From: Rozella allomycis CSF55
Lineage: Eukaryota
Length of the DNA stretch: 64,000 bases
Reading direction: 5' to 3'
NCBI GenBank assembly: GCA_000442015.1
Contig: KE560959.1
Location: 62,001-126,000 of the forward strand
Shown: positions 10,859 to 23,524 of the stretch, piece by piece
Layout of the letters: each line of letters opens with the position of its first letter
Numbering within the stretch: the stretch's first letter is position 1
Made by a program: the position numbers and the translations under genes
Notes under the pieces: generated by a model
Seen by the model: the letters and a program-made list of their open reading frames with translations, nothing else
Database searches by the model: none
What the model was told of the DNA's origin: nothing

Positions 10859-12486
10859 ATGGTAACTTTGAATGACCAGGGTATGTCTAAATTGAGAGGT
10901 GAAGCAGCCAAATTACTTCAAAATCGAACAGAACGGTTATTAAAAATGCAGTTAATGAAGAAAATGGCACCAATGAGATATGAAGCCCATCGATTACCAA
11001 TATTTCCATACACCAGAAATCCATGTTCAGTTTGGGGAGTCCTTGTTGACCGATTTTCCCCTGTTTCATTGGATGCATACACGGTAAATCATGCATCTGA
11101 TAAACGCTTTGCTGGAGACCGAACTCCTGTCAAATTGCATAAAAAAGAAAGAGGGAATATAGAAATAGAAAGTGACATTAAGGGAGGAAAAAGAAAATAT
11201 TCAACATTTGTTGCACGTAGTGTATCCCATAGATATTTCAGTTCTTTTGCAAATAGCCGCTTATCAGGTTCTGTAACATTGAAAAGTTCTCTAGTCCAAT
11301 ATTTTACTAATGAAGGGGAAGGTGCTAGAAAATTTGTCGGGCATTTCTTACTCATTTCAAGTGCAATGGTTTTTGGGCTGGTTGTCCTTGGCGGGTTGAC
11401 CCGACTTACTGAGAGTGGATTGTCCATGGTGAATTGGAATTTATTGCATTTTACACCACCAAAGAATGAAGATGAATGGCAAGAATATTTTGAAAAGTAT
11501 AAAGAATTTCCAGAGTACAAATTGTAATATCCCAAAGTCATTATAAAAGGATAAATCAAAACATGACACTGCAGCAATTTAAATTCATTTATTACATGGA
11601 ATTTTTTCACAGGGTTTATGGAAGAATTCTCGGTGGATTTTTCGCTGGAGTTTCGATTCCTATCATTCTGTCCAAGAGCTTAGCATCTCCTGGAACAAAG
11701 AAGGTTTTGGGGTTAATAAATTTAATGATTCTCTCCCAAGTAAAAAATTGGGTTTTTCATAGTTTAGGGCCTCCTAGGATGGTATATGGTTAAAAGTGGT
11801 TTAGATAAAAGAATTGTAGAAAACAATGAATGGCCAAGAGTTTCTCCTTATCGATTGGCTGCACATTTGTCTTCGGCTTTCATCATTTATTTGACAATGC
11901 TAATAAAAGGAATGTCTGTATTGAGAAAACCCATTGTATTCGAAGTATAAATTTCCTTTACCCTTAAAAAGACTGGAGTTGAAACAATTAAGAGACTTAG
12001 AAGTTTCAAAATGAGCAACCATGTCCTCTCTGGATGTATTTTAATTACTGCGATAACTGGTAAACTTTACAAATAAGTAAAAGAGGTGCTTTTGTAGCAG
12101 GAAATGATGCAGGGTTAGTTTACAATTCATTCCCTAAAATGGGAGATTTCTGGGTTCCTCCCGAAGTTTTGTATTTGGAACCAAAATGGAAGAATATATT
12201 TGAAAATTCAGCAACTGTGCAATTAATTCACAGATGGCTTGCCATTTCTACCGGGTCTGGTATTTTGGCGGTTTGGTATAAATCGAGAAAAGTTCCGCTT
12301 CCTAACAGGGTGAGGTTCGCTATGAATTTACTTGGCGGTGCCACGATTGCTCAAATCACTCTTGGAATCACTACATTACTAATGTTCGTACCAGTTTCAA
12401 TTGCATCGCTACACCAAGCTGGCTCTTTAGTTCTCTTGACCTCATCTTCTTACCTTGTTCACCTGTTGAAAAACATTCCGAAATAA
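10859..12486 (+). CDS. COX15: Heme A synthase
   Basis: GGLTRLTESGLSM, MEFFHRVYGR, LGWYMVKSGL, VSPYRLAAHL, GAFVAGNDAG, QLIHRWLA, ASLHQAG; micro-introns. Confidence 0.95.
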
Positions 12487-12556
12487 AAAATGACAAAACT
12501 CTTCTTAATCCACCATTATTATCACAAGACAAATATGTCCCACGAATAATTCAGGC

Positions 12557-12570
12557 GGCTTTAGTAAGCC
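12557..12570 (-). terminator. Histone-type 3' stem-loop variant downstream of H3
   Basis: AAA-GGCTT-ACTA-AAGCC, 13 nt after the stop; 5-bp stem, 4-nt loop. Confidence 0.6.
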
Positions 12571-12583
12571 TTTCAATTACTAA

Positions 12584-13021
<438 letters not shown>

Positions 13022-13041
13022 TCATTGTTTAAATAGCCTTC

Positions 13042-13089
13042 TTCCCGCCAAATTTGGCCAATAGAAATTAGCTAATTTTGGCGCCAAAA
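13042..13089. promoter_or_regulatory. Bidirectional histone promoter with two E2F-like sites and a CCAAT box
   Basis: TTCCCGCCAAA (13042-13052), CCAAT (13058-13062), palindrome TTTTGGCGCCAAAA (13076-13089). Confidence 0.65.
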
Positions 13090-13147
13090 GAATCAAAGCT
13101 TATTGCTCAAGGGGAGATTTCATCGATATAAATAAAAGTAAAATTGA

Positions 13148-13477
<330 letters not shown>

Positions 13478-13499
13478 AAGAAAAAAATCTCGTGTTCAA

Positions 13500-13515
13500 G
13501 GCTTCTTTAGAAGCC
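13500..13515 (+). terminator. Histone 3' stem-loop downstream of H4
   Basis: CAA-GGCTTC-TTTA-GAAGCC-A: 6-bp stem, 4-nt loop, 22 nt after the stop. Confidence 0.8.
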
Positions 13516-13569
13516 ATTAAAATAAAAGATATACAATTGCTAGTAAATATTGATCAATAAAATCCATAT

Positions 13570-14220
13570 TTAATTACATATACTGCCTTTTTGATTTTGA
13601 TATGACAAATAAGAGTTCCATCCCAATCCTATTGTACATACAAAGGGCAGACGTAAACCTAATGGAACAAAATAAAAATTAAACATTTGAACGGCCGGCC
13701 AAATTTTATAGTTAGTCATTAATGTGGACCACCAAACCTACGTTTTTCAGACACATTCCTATACCTTTTGAAGTTTACTTTGTATCTTATCGAATGGTAT
13801 TCGTTCCAAGAGGCCATTGAAAACAAAAAATAAGCCCGTGGTAAATGGTGCATACACAATTTGATCGAGGAATACTTTCTTTGCCATATCTATACCTTTT
13901 ATTAACATTCCAGTTACTTTTTAATGGATGAGACTCAATAACCACTCTTTCAAGAATTTTATACCATAAATTTAATGAGGGACCCTTATTATATTTCGTT
14001 GTGCGAAGGCTACCGTCACAAAATACCCAATGAACATAAATCTTGCTGTCCTGATTTGATCATAATCTTTATAATCCCGCTTTTCTATTCCAATTTGAGA
14101 GACAATATCTCCTGCTCCGGCAAGTACGCCTGGATATTAAAATAGAAATTGATTATCACCTGCTAATAAGCAATTTGAAAAATTTGGATGCCTCTGTAAA
14201 AATGAAATAAGTGGTCTCAT
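13570..14220 (-). CDS. Mpv17/PMP22 family protein (SYM1-like)
   Basis: Not in the ORF track; spliced translation gives LAGAGDIVSQ, DQIRTARF, KVFLDQIV, VWVHINDYKI/VWP-type region and WNSYLS. Confidence 0.85.
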
Positions 14221-14445
14221 GAAATTGGAGGAAATCCTTGCTCTATTGAGAATCCGTGTGGTGGCAAAGCGCCACTTCGCGTTCGCAGCGAATTATAATT
14301 AGATCAAGATCAATGTTTAGTTTGCATTAATCAATGTAGATAAGTCAAAGACTCGATGGGCATTTTCTCTTATTGCTTTTACGCTGTCATGTAGCATTTT
14401 TACCAGCACCCAAGAAATTTTTGGCATTTATTTATTTTTCTAAAG

Positions 14446-14766
14446 TCAGTTAATATCACTTTCTAATTTCTTTATTAAAAGATTTGAAAAATAGAACTTG
14501 AATTGAGGGGAAACATTGTTGAGTAAAGCCTCAAAATTCTCAAACAACATTCCATCTGCCCCATGCTGTTCACGAAGCTAAAATATATCATGGATTTGCG
14601 TTACTAAAAATCCTTTTTGCGAAAATGATATGTTAACTGTTTTTGAATCAATCGTAGTTATAGAAAATTTTATCTCGCTCCTATCGTATGAAAAAAATCG
14701 GTGACATAGAATAAATCCTTCATACTCTTTTAACAAAACCGTTAATTCTTGTTTTAAATCTAACAT
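14446..14766 (-). CDS. GSKIP (DUF727)-like protein
   Basis: ITTIDSKTVNISFSQKGF spliced to FENFEALLNNVSPQFKFYFSNLLIKKL. Confidence 0.75.
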
Positions 14767-14799
14767 TTTCTAACTTTTCGAAAATAGAAATTTCTGGTG

Positions 14800-16005
14800 A
14801 TGACTTATGCGACCTTCTTATTAAAAAATGCATCATCGGTGGCGTCTATAGAAAATTTGATTCGTTCACTCACGTATTTACTTCCAGGTAGCAGTAATGA
14901 TCCCAATAAATTCAGGAAAATTTCATGATGCGGAATTGGCTTCTCAAATTGGTAATGACTTTTGTACATTAGACATGAAGTATATTCTGGGATGAATTTG
15001 CTTTCTTCTTATCACGACTTGATTTTGTCAAAAAAGATCAAGCCTCAAATTGCCTCCCTCCAACAGCTACATTCATTGTTCCATAGAAAAAATACCATAT
15101 ATAAGTATTTGTCGTCCATTCTTTACATTCTGAAAACTATAGAAGTGGTCCTTGAAATGGCTATTCACAGAAAAGCGGGACAATCAAAATGGGAATGGAT
15201 AGTTGCATTGGAGGGCATAAAGTAATGCTGCATTTATTTTTCAATAGATCTATTTGTAAATTGGCCATGCTTTGTTTTTCTGGAGGAAGATTACTGATTC
15301 ATCCATTTTTGCCAGAAAGAACAGTTGTTCTTGAAGGTTGTGAGATTAAATGATATACATATAGATGCAAAGGAGAATGAAGGTTACCGGGGCTTTATGG
15401 CGAATAAATCTTTTGCTATGTTGGAGAGCATGCATATCAAAAAAGGTTTGAAAGCATCTGTCTCAGAGTATCTAACTGAACATGCCGCCTCAGTACCTCT
15501 CCTTAGACCAGAAAGAATTGTTCCTCCATTATCAAAAATAGAACTTTTTCAAGAAGTGATGCACATTTTAAGACCATTATTTTACGGTATATATATCATT
15601 CTTTTCCGATTAAGCTCTTTTGGTACGAAAATTGGGAACGAAAGACTGGAGACCTTGGCTCATATCGTTGTTACTAGAAATTTACTCGCAATCGAAAGGC
15701 ATCAAAGCTTTCATTTTAGATTCCCAGTCAAAGCAAGGGGAATCGTTGGAACATACTGAAAGGAAACGCCGTCTTCTTTCGTTTTTGATGTATTTACTTA
15801 GAAACCCTTTTTATGAAGCCTTTGTAAAGTAGTCAACATTATTAATAAACAAAAGGTCCAAAATCGATAATTTACAAGAAAAGATGGCAACACGGCCTCT
15901 CATTTCTGTCTTTTCAAGTACTAAATCAAACTAATTGATATAGACATTATAAGGGATTATCAGCCTTTGTGGGAAACATACTATTTTTATACATCATCGT
16001 CATAA
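14800..16005 (+). CDS. PEX16: Peroxin 16
   Basis: IENLIRSLTYLLPG, EVMHILRPLFY, WRPWLISL, YLLRNPFY, DYQPLWETYYFYTS. Confidence 0.92.
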
Positions 16006-16050
16006 TTCATTATCATATAAACAATGTTCCTATATTTATTTGTTATTATT

Positions 16051-17723
16051 ATGAACATTGGTTTAATTGTAACAACCGCCATTTTTGCAGTTCTTGTACT
16101 CGTTGGTGCAATCTATTTCCTTGTCTATTTTCAACATCCAGAAGACAAGTGGGTCGCATGGCTTCCAAAGCTTGTTGTTGTAAATACTTTCGGCCCATAA
16201 AGATTTAAGGTTTATGGAGTATTTGTCGCTTGTTGCAATGTTCTTCTACTACCACTTGACGTGGCTAATCAGAACCTGTAATTTACATGACATAAAGTAA
16301 AAGGGGTTACTTATCATCCGGAGGCTTACCGATGGAGACTCTCAACTATATTTTCTTCATGTCTACTGTGGTTTTATGTATTTGTGTTATTCCCTTTACA
16401 GTTTTCTACTATGAAGGTGCTGATAATCCTGATGGCGAGTAAGTATAACACTAACAAATATTTAGGCCTAATATATTTTCCCAGGCCTTCAATGGATTTA
16501 AATACCTGTTGTTTTCTCTGGGATTATTTATTTTGGTTGTTGCACCGGCATATTGGTTCTTAGGGTATGCCGAAGTCAGCACCGTGATAATTACTGGAAA
16601 TTTTATTAATGGGACAAGTTCTATAACAGGCAATTATTGTGATGCGACCTTGGGGTTGAAAGTAAACAACTAAATTGAAGACACATAGTGCGCAATGACT
16701 ACTACAGTCGAGAAAGTTACCGTTTCTTTAATAATATACGTCATCGCGATGACGACACTAATGGGCTGGATCTTGTTCTCAGTTTTTGGCGGAATCGGAT
16801 TGTTTTCCCTGCCCGTTGACTTGCTTTTAAGTTTCAAAAATAGACCAAAACCATTGAAGAAGAGCGAGTACATAGAAAAGAAAAAGATCATTGGCGAGGT
16901 AGCGACAGCCTTAATGAAAAATGCAGAAGCCTTGAAACTTGAAGAGAAAGCACTGGGTTCGAACAAAAACAGCAGAGTTAATAAAAGGGCGAGAGTATTT
17001 CGAGCTAAAGAAGCAGAGTTTAAAAGGGTACTAATAAGTCGTTATTAATCACAGGATGTGTATCTTCTTGAAGAGAGTTATAAAAAATTAGAAGCAGCCT
17101 ACAAAATTGGGACCGAAAATCCAGTAGTCACCGTATTTAAAGGAATAACTGGAATAATTGGATTTTTGATATCGTTTTTGTGGTTTATACATTTGCTAAT
17201 ATATGTTTTACCCGTGTCTTTAAACTATAACTCCCTTTCCACATTTTTAAATGATATATTTGTAGGTCTAGAAAGCTCAGTGCCATTTATTGGAACATTT
17301 TTGTATGGTTTATTTTCCTTCTGGCTACTTGTTTGTACAATAAAGGGGGCCATATCAGTGGGCATCAGAGTTCTATTCGTCCAAATACATCCAATGAAGT
17401 AATTTCTTTGTACACCTATAAAAGGATTGGGGAAACATTTATGAGCTCATTGTTGTTCAATGTGGGACTAATAAATTACGCATCATTGTCCGTCGTTCAA
17501 TTTTGTTCTATCGCCTTTGCAGAGTATGCAAGATACACATCTATAATGTGTAATCTTCATTTGTTCTTGTAATCTAGCCTTGTTTTCCACGCAAGTCCAA
17601 AATCTGGCTTATCTCAAGTATGGATACATAATTTTTATTTGGATCTTCATGTCTTTTGCAGCATTTAGCACTCTGTACTTAAAACTTCGCCCCGTGAAAA
17701 AAATAAAGAAAGTTGAGATATAG
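16051..17723 (+). CDS. LMBR1-like membrane protein
   Basis: YFLVYFQHPEDK, LLPLDVAN, IPFTVFYYE, FGGIGLFSLPVDL, IHPMK-IGETFMSSLLFN. Confidence 0.9.
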
Positions 17724-17758
17724 TTGCTTTTTTAACGTTCAAGCCACTAATTACTATT

Positions 17759-18061
17759 ATGAGCAAGTACTGAACTACAGTGGTATCAAAAGGGCAACTC
17801 TTGTAAGAATATTTAGCCAGGCAGGGACAGGATACCATTACACTGTACGAAAGGTTAAGGGGGCAGAAAAAATTGTTCGACGCAAGCACGATCCAATTGG
17901 TAATTTTAGTGTCTGGATAATATTAAGTTAATCGACATGTAATATTTTCAGAGGATTTGCCGAAATTTGACATTGAAAAATACTCAAGACATCTACCTAG
18001 TTACAAAACTGTTTATCATCACGAAGCTTCTCATGAAAATGTAAAAAATGAATCTAAATAA
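17759..18061 (+). CDS. Mitochondrial ribosomal protein bL33m-like
   Basis: LVRIFSQAGTGYHY...RKHDPI-VNRHVIFSE; two micro-introns; C-terminal extension. Confidence 0.8.
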
Positions 18062-18149
18062 AATATTACAACCGATTATTATTTTAATCAGTTGATCTTC
18101 GTGATTTTTTAGTTTGTTAGTATTTTGTGTGGCTCAAGTTTGACAAAAA

Positions 18150-18611
18150 ATGACGTCGCCATCAAAGTTGGTTATCGTAATGAAAAAGGTCTCTATGAGA
18201 TCTAACGAAAAGAAAATAAAAACTTTTGCCAGAAAATTCGCTGAGTTTGAAGACCAAGAGGTCGAATTTCAAAAATTTAATACAACTGCCAGACTGTGGT
18301 TTAAAGTAAAAAATCTAATTAGTATTATTAAGGATAGAGACGAAGAATTCATCAGATCTCTCGCTGATAAACTCGATGGAAAGAAATTTGGCGACAAGAT
18401 CATAAATGTGGTTGTTGACGAAAATTCCACCCATTTTAAAGGTAATGGAAATAAAGAGAAAAAGAAAAACAAAAATGTGAAAAAGAAAGTTGAAAAACAT
18501 GTGGATGAAACTAAAAAAGGAATGGACCAAACTTTAGACAAAGAATGCATACAATCGCCTGAAGTTAAAAATGAAGTTTCCCATGAAAACACAACAAATG
18601 AAAATAAATAA
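18150..18611 (+). CDS. Stand-alone RRM-like protein, partial duplicate of the adjacent TRM2 N-terminus
   Basis: First ~90 aa nearly match the gene at 18701; same intron position; then a novel Lys-rich tail. Confidence 0.75.
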   Translation: MTSPSKLVIVMKKVSMRSNEKKIKTFARKFAEFEDQEVEFQKFNTTARLWFKVKNLISIIKDRDEEFIRSLADKLDGKKFGDKIINVVVDENSTHFKGNGNKEKKKNKNVKKKVEKHVDETKKGMDQTLDKECIQSPEVKNEVSHENTTNENK

Positions 18612-18700
18612 ATTAAAATTTCCAATGTGTTAGTTGAGTTATCAATTCTTTTTTAATTATCAAAACATAAATATTTTGTGTGGCTCAACTTTTTTCGAAC

Positions 18701-20424
18701 ATGTCTTTGGCATCAAAACTGGTGATAGTCATGAGAAAAGTCTCTATGAGATCCAACGAAAAGAAAATAAAAACGTTTGTCAGACAATTTGCTCAATTTG
18801 AAGATCAAGAGGTCCAATTTCAAAAATTCAAGACAACCGCTAGATTATGGTTTAAAGTAAAATATTTAATCCTATTATATCGAGGATAAAGATGAAGAAT
18901 TTATTAGAACTCTTGCCGATAAACTTGATGGAAAGAAATTTGGTGAAAAAATTATAAACGTGATTGTTGACGAAAATACAACACACTTTAATAGAGATAA
19001 AACGAGAAATATAAATAAAAATATAACTGTTCCGGATTCGATCTCTGAAAGGGTTTGCCCTTTAGTCAATGTGCCCTATGAACAACAACTTAAGCTAAAG
19101 CAAGAGAAAGCACAAAAAGTTATGAAGGATGTTGAAACTAAAAGCAAAACTCTAGAGTAATCATTTAAGGGGTGAATAAAAAGACCTGGTCAAATATTAG
19201 TGAAAGAATGTTTGCCATCACCCGTAGTTAATCATTATCGCAACAAATGTGAATATTCCTTTGGATTGGACTCCAATGGAAGTAAAACAATAGGCTTTAG
19301 AAGCGGATCGTTTGGAAAATCAGTGACCATGTTTCCAGATGAAAAATGTCTTCACTTGCCAGCATATTCAATTCCTCTATTGACGATTGTTCAAGTAAAA
19401 TGCATTTCAGATTTAAATAAGAAATATGTTCAAGAATCTGAACATCAAGTTTATGACGAGCAAATTCATAGTGGTGTTTGGAGACTATTAATGGTTAGAC
19501 ATTCTTCTGATGGTCAACGTAAGGAATAATGAAACTTGTTTTTAGTTCTTGTTGCATTTCAAATACATCCACAGAACCTTTCAGAGGACGTAATATCAAA
19601 AATCAAGCAAGACTTGGTCAATGCCTTGTCATCCTTTACTGTAACCGTTGGAGAAATCGAATTTAAAATTTCGGGCATAATTATTCAAGTATGTTATAGA
19701 TTTCTTTGTAATGTAGCTTTCGAAAAGTCTTAGTAACGTTTTTGACAATAATCCAAACTGCCAGGAAGAGTTAATTTATGGACAAGATTTTGTTACCGAA
19801 AAGCTATTTGACTTGAGTTTTCAAATATCCCGTGCATCATTTTTTCAAGTTAATACGAAAGGCGCAGAAACTCTTTATTCCGAAATCTGCAATCAATGCG
19901 AAGTCGATGAAAACACAATTATTTTAGATTTGTGTTGCGGTACTGGAACTATTGGCCAAGTTATTTCATCAAAAGTGAAAAAAGTGATCGGGGTCGAATT
20001 GGTTTATGAAGCTGTTGAAGACGCCAAGAAAAACGCCAAGATAAATGGTAAAGAATAATTATGGGAGTAATTTAGGCATTCAAAATGTAGAATTTATTTG
20101 TTCTAAAGTTGAAGACGCCATAGGAAATATTCTATCAGGTCTGGACCCTACTGAAAGGGTAGTCGCAATTTTGGATCCACCAAGGGCAGGAATTCGTAAT
20201 AATTAAAGCATATTAATATAGATAAATCTGTCATAAAATCTATTATAAAAGCTTCATTCATCAAGCACATTGTTTATGCTTCTTGTAAACCTGAACTAGC
20301 AATGAACAACTTTATTCAATTAACTGACCAGACGGGTAACTTTAAGGTTACAAATGTAGTACCCGTCGACATGTTTCCACACACCGAGCATTATGAACTT
20401 TTATTAACATTTAAAAGAGAATAA
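18701..20424 (+). CDS. TRM2: tRNA (uracil-54-C5) methyltransferase, TRMT2A-like
   Basis: YRNKCEY, SFFQVN, LDLCCGTGTIG, LDPPRAG, YASC, PVDMFPHTEHYE. Confidence 0.93.
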
Positions 20425-20478
20425 ATAATCATTTATTTGCTATTGCTCCTTATTCCATTTGCTGAAAGACCATGGCTC

Positions 20479-21299
20479 CTATTGTTGGTATACGAGCATT
20501 TTTACCGCATTTTTCGGACCAATCAAAGTATTCACAATTGTTAATTGTTTTATCAATGTTTCAAGGCAGGTCTCTTGCTTTTTTGATGGTCCAAAATTGT
20601 CTATTCAAATCTGATTTGTTTCATTACTTAAAATTGCCCTATTAACTAGAGATGCAATAGAACTTTTCCTATCTTCATTCAAATAAAATGCTGAAGGGGA
20701 TTGATAAGGATTTTCATATGCAATTAAAGACACTATATCCTGTCTAAATATCGACTAGATGATACCTGCAGCGCTTTCATATATTCTTCCTTAGTTTGAG
20801 CAATTGGTCCAAGCACAGATTGAGCGTATTCTAGTGCTTCCTTTGATTTTCCATTCCTCAAGAATTCAATAAAACGTTGGCATAGTAGCTCAAAACAAGC
20901 ACTTGTCAAACTTTCAGGCGGTAATTTTGTCCAATGCACATGACTGTTTGCATTGGTAGCTAGTGATTTAGGAAACTTTGCCCAGCAAAGATCTAATGCT
21001 TCTTCAATACACCCAAGTTGTATACAGCGATAAATAACTTTCATTGACACTAGTTCATTTTTACCTTTACGGTCCCCTAATGTCCTCCACGCATAACTTG
21101 TAATGTCAAATTGACTTTGGTTTGTACTATTGTCAATTTCCATCGATTCCTCTGGATTCTCTCCACAAACTGCGTGAAGGAATGCATTGGCTGTCTCTTC
21201 ATAACATTCATCAACTAAATAATTGAATACAATTCTCTGGACATCTGTAACGCATATAACTTCATTCGAAAAACTTTCTTCCAATTCTTGTCCTAGCAT
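20479..21299 (-). CDS. LisH/CTLH/CRA protein of the GID complex (GID8-like)
   Basis: LisH RIVFNYLVDECYEETANAF; FELLCQRFIEFLR...EALEYAQ; LIAYENP. Confidence 0.8.
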
Positions 21300-21349
21300 T
21301 TGACAAGGGTATAGTAGAAGTCATATGATAAAATTATTTAAATGGTAAT

Positions 21350-22369
21350 TTATTCATAATGATTCGCTCGTCTTCTTGATCTACTTTCAAAAGTTGAAAT
21401 GTTAGGTCTTTCGTATTCCGATGGTGGCTGAAGATTAGTTAGATCAGTTTCATCCCAATATTTTTTGGTTAAAAAGTCTTCAGCGTTAGGAAACTCTGGA
21501 GTCAAATCAAAACATCGATGTGCGACTCTTGTCCTTATTACATCGTCGAATTCTTCATTTGTTTTTGGATTATAGCCCTGAATTTTGAATTGCTCCTTTT
21601 TTATGAAAGCACCATAGAAATGGATTGGATGGAATCTTTGAAGTAGATTTTCAAAAGAGCCGTAGGTTCCAATTAAGCGATCTAAAAGTGTGATCGTGGA
21701 TACTTCATGAATTGATTTCTTCCCGTACTCTGACAATGCCATCATGGCTATAGTGTTTCTCCTACATTCATATTGATGGCGCCACATAACAACTTGGTCA
21801 GAGTCAATATTTTCATTTACCATCTATCAGTTCTTTGTTAGATGGGACATTAAATAATCTGCAGTCAAAATTTCCGAATCCTTGCCTTGATTTTATGAAA
21901 TAAAATATTTTTACGTCATATGAATGTTCTTATCTTCCCAATTATACAAATTTAGGTAGTAGTTAAATCTTGCCGCTGCAAAGGACGCGGTAGTTGATGC
22001 CAATTTAGAAATCCTGCCTCCATACTTGGTTTGAACCCCATAAAATGGATCTACTCCTTTAAATATAAGGGAAATTTCATCTGATTGTACAAAGGCTGTG
22101 CATGCGTTAGTCTCGGCCAAAAGGTCTTTTCCGGTATTCAGTAAGCTATATGTTATACGTTCATCAAATGGCTTTTTGCATCTTTTTGTAAAGTTTTTAA
22201 AATTGGAACCATCAAGTCTCATAATGTAAGGCAAACTGGGATTCAGCATCAGGTCAAACTCTTGCTCATAATTCTTCACTTGTGTTGTAAGAGCATCACA
22301 TGTTTTTCTATTATAAAAGCGCCACTGATCGAACAATTATATTAGACTTACTGGGGAAGGTGTGGGCAT
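21350..22369 (-). CDS. tRNA-His guanylyltransferase family, Thg1-like protein (TLP type)
   Basis: RLDGSNF, KPFD, VQSDEISL, YGGRISKLAS, FDCR, MWRHQYECRRN. Confidence 0.9.
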
Positions 22370-22525
22370 TTCAAGTCGCTGTATTCCAGAATTTCACTTA
22401 TATCCAAAAATTGCCTTCGAAAAGGCAATGGCAAAAAAACAAGATTGAATTACTTTGGCAGGATGTTCAATTTATATTTTGCATTATCGCCTTTAAATTC
22501 TCATTTACAATTTTCGAAATTTCAC

Positions 22526-23386
22526 ATGTTTCGTACCCGCTCAACCATTACCCGTATTGCTCGCCTGTTTTCAACAAAAACAGCAGCAGGTGATGCTATT
22601 AAAACCTTTAGTATATACCGCTGGGTAATTAATATACTAATTATTTAGAGGATCCTGAAAAACCCAATCAAAAACCATACATGCAAAATTATGAGGTTGA
22701 TCTTAGTACATGCGGGCCAATGGTATTGGATGCTCTCGTTAAAATAAAAAATGAGATTGATCCTACCTTGGCATTTCGAAGATCATGTCGTGAAGGTAAT
22801 TAAGATCAATTTAATTAACAGGAATTTGTGGTTCATGCTCAATGAATATAAATGGGGTTAACACTTTAGCATGTCTGGCAAAAATAGATCGAGATGTTAG
22901 TAGCAAAACGAAAATCCATCCTTTGCCACACATGTATGTCATACGTGATTTGGTCCCGGTATGAAACACACATTATATAAACAGGATCTTTCTTTATTCT
23001 ACAAACAATATAAGTCCATTGAGCCTTATCTCAAACAAAAGAGACCTCGCTTAAGACATGAAATGAAGGAAAACTATCAGTCAATCCAAGATCGCGAGAA
23101 ACTTGATGGGTTATATGAATGCATTCTATGCGCTTGTTGTTCGACTGCATGCCCATCTTATTGGTGGAACCAAGATAAATACCTCGGCCCTGCAGTCTTA
23201 ATGCAAGCGTACCGTTGGATTATTGACAGTCGCGACGAATATGGCTATGAAAGACGTCAGAAAATGCAGGATCCGTTTTCAGTGTATCGTTGTCATACCA
23301 TCATGAACTGCGCTAAAACATGCCCTAAAGGGTTGAATCCAGGATTTGCAATTGCCAAATTGAAGAAGTTAATGGCAGAAGATTGA
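22526..23386 (+). CDS. SDH2: Succinate dehydrogenase iron-sulfur subunit
   Basis: [54 protein letters not shown]. Confidence 0.98.
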
Positions 23387-23524
23387 GAAATAAATTCACT
23401 GTTATAACATCCGTAATCTACATATGGCTGAATTCTTTATCAAATCCATCAAAACCTTGTATACTATTCAACTAAAAGAATTAAATGTAATAGATGGTGA
23501 AATATTTAGCATTTATATCTTTAT

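Noticed and set aside
14225-14440. Small hairpins and an Sm-like AATTTTTGG suggesting an snRNA
   Set aside because: No U1, U2, U4, U5 or U6 signature sequence; may be the Mpv17-family promoter or a 36-codon ORF.
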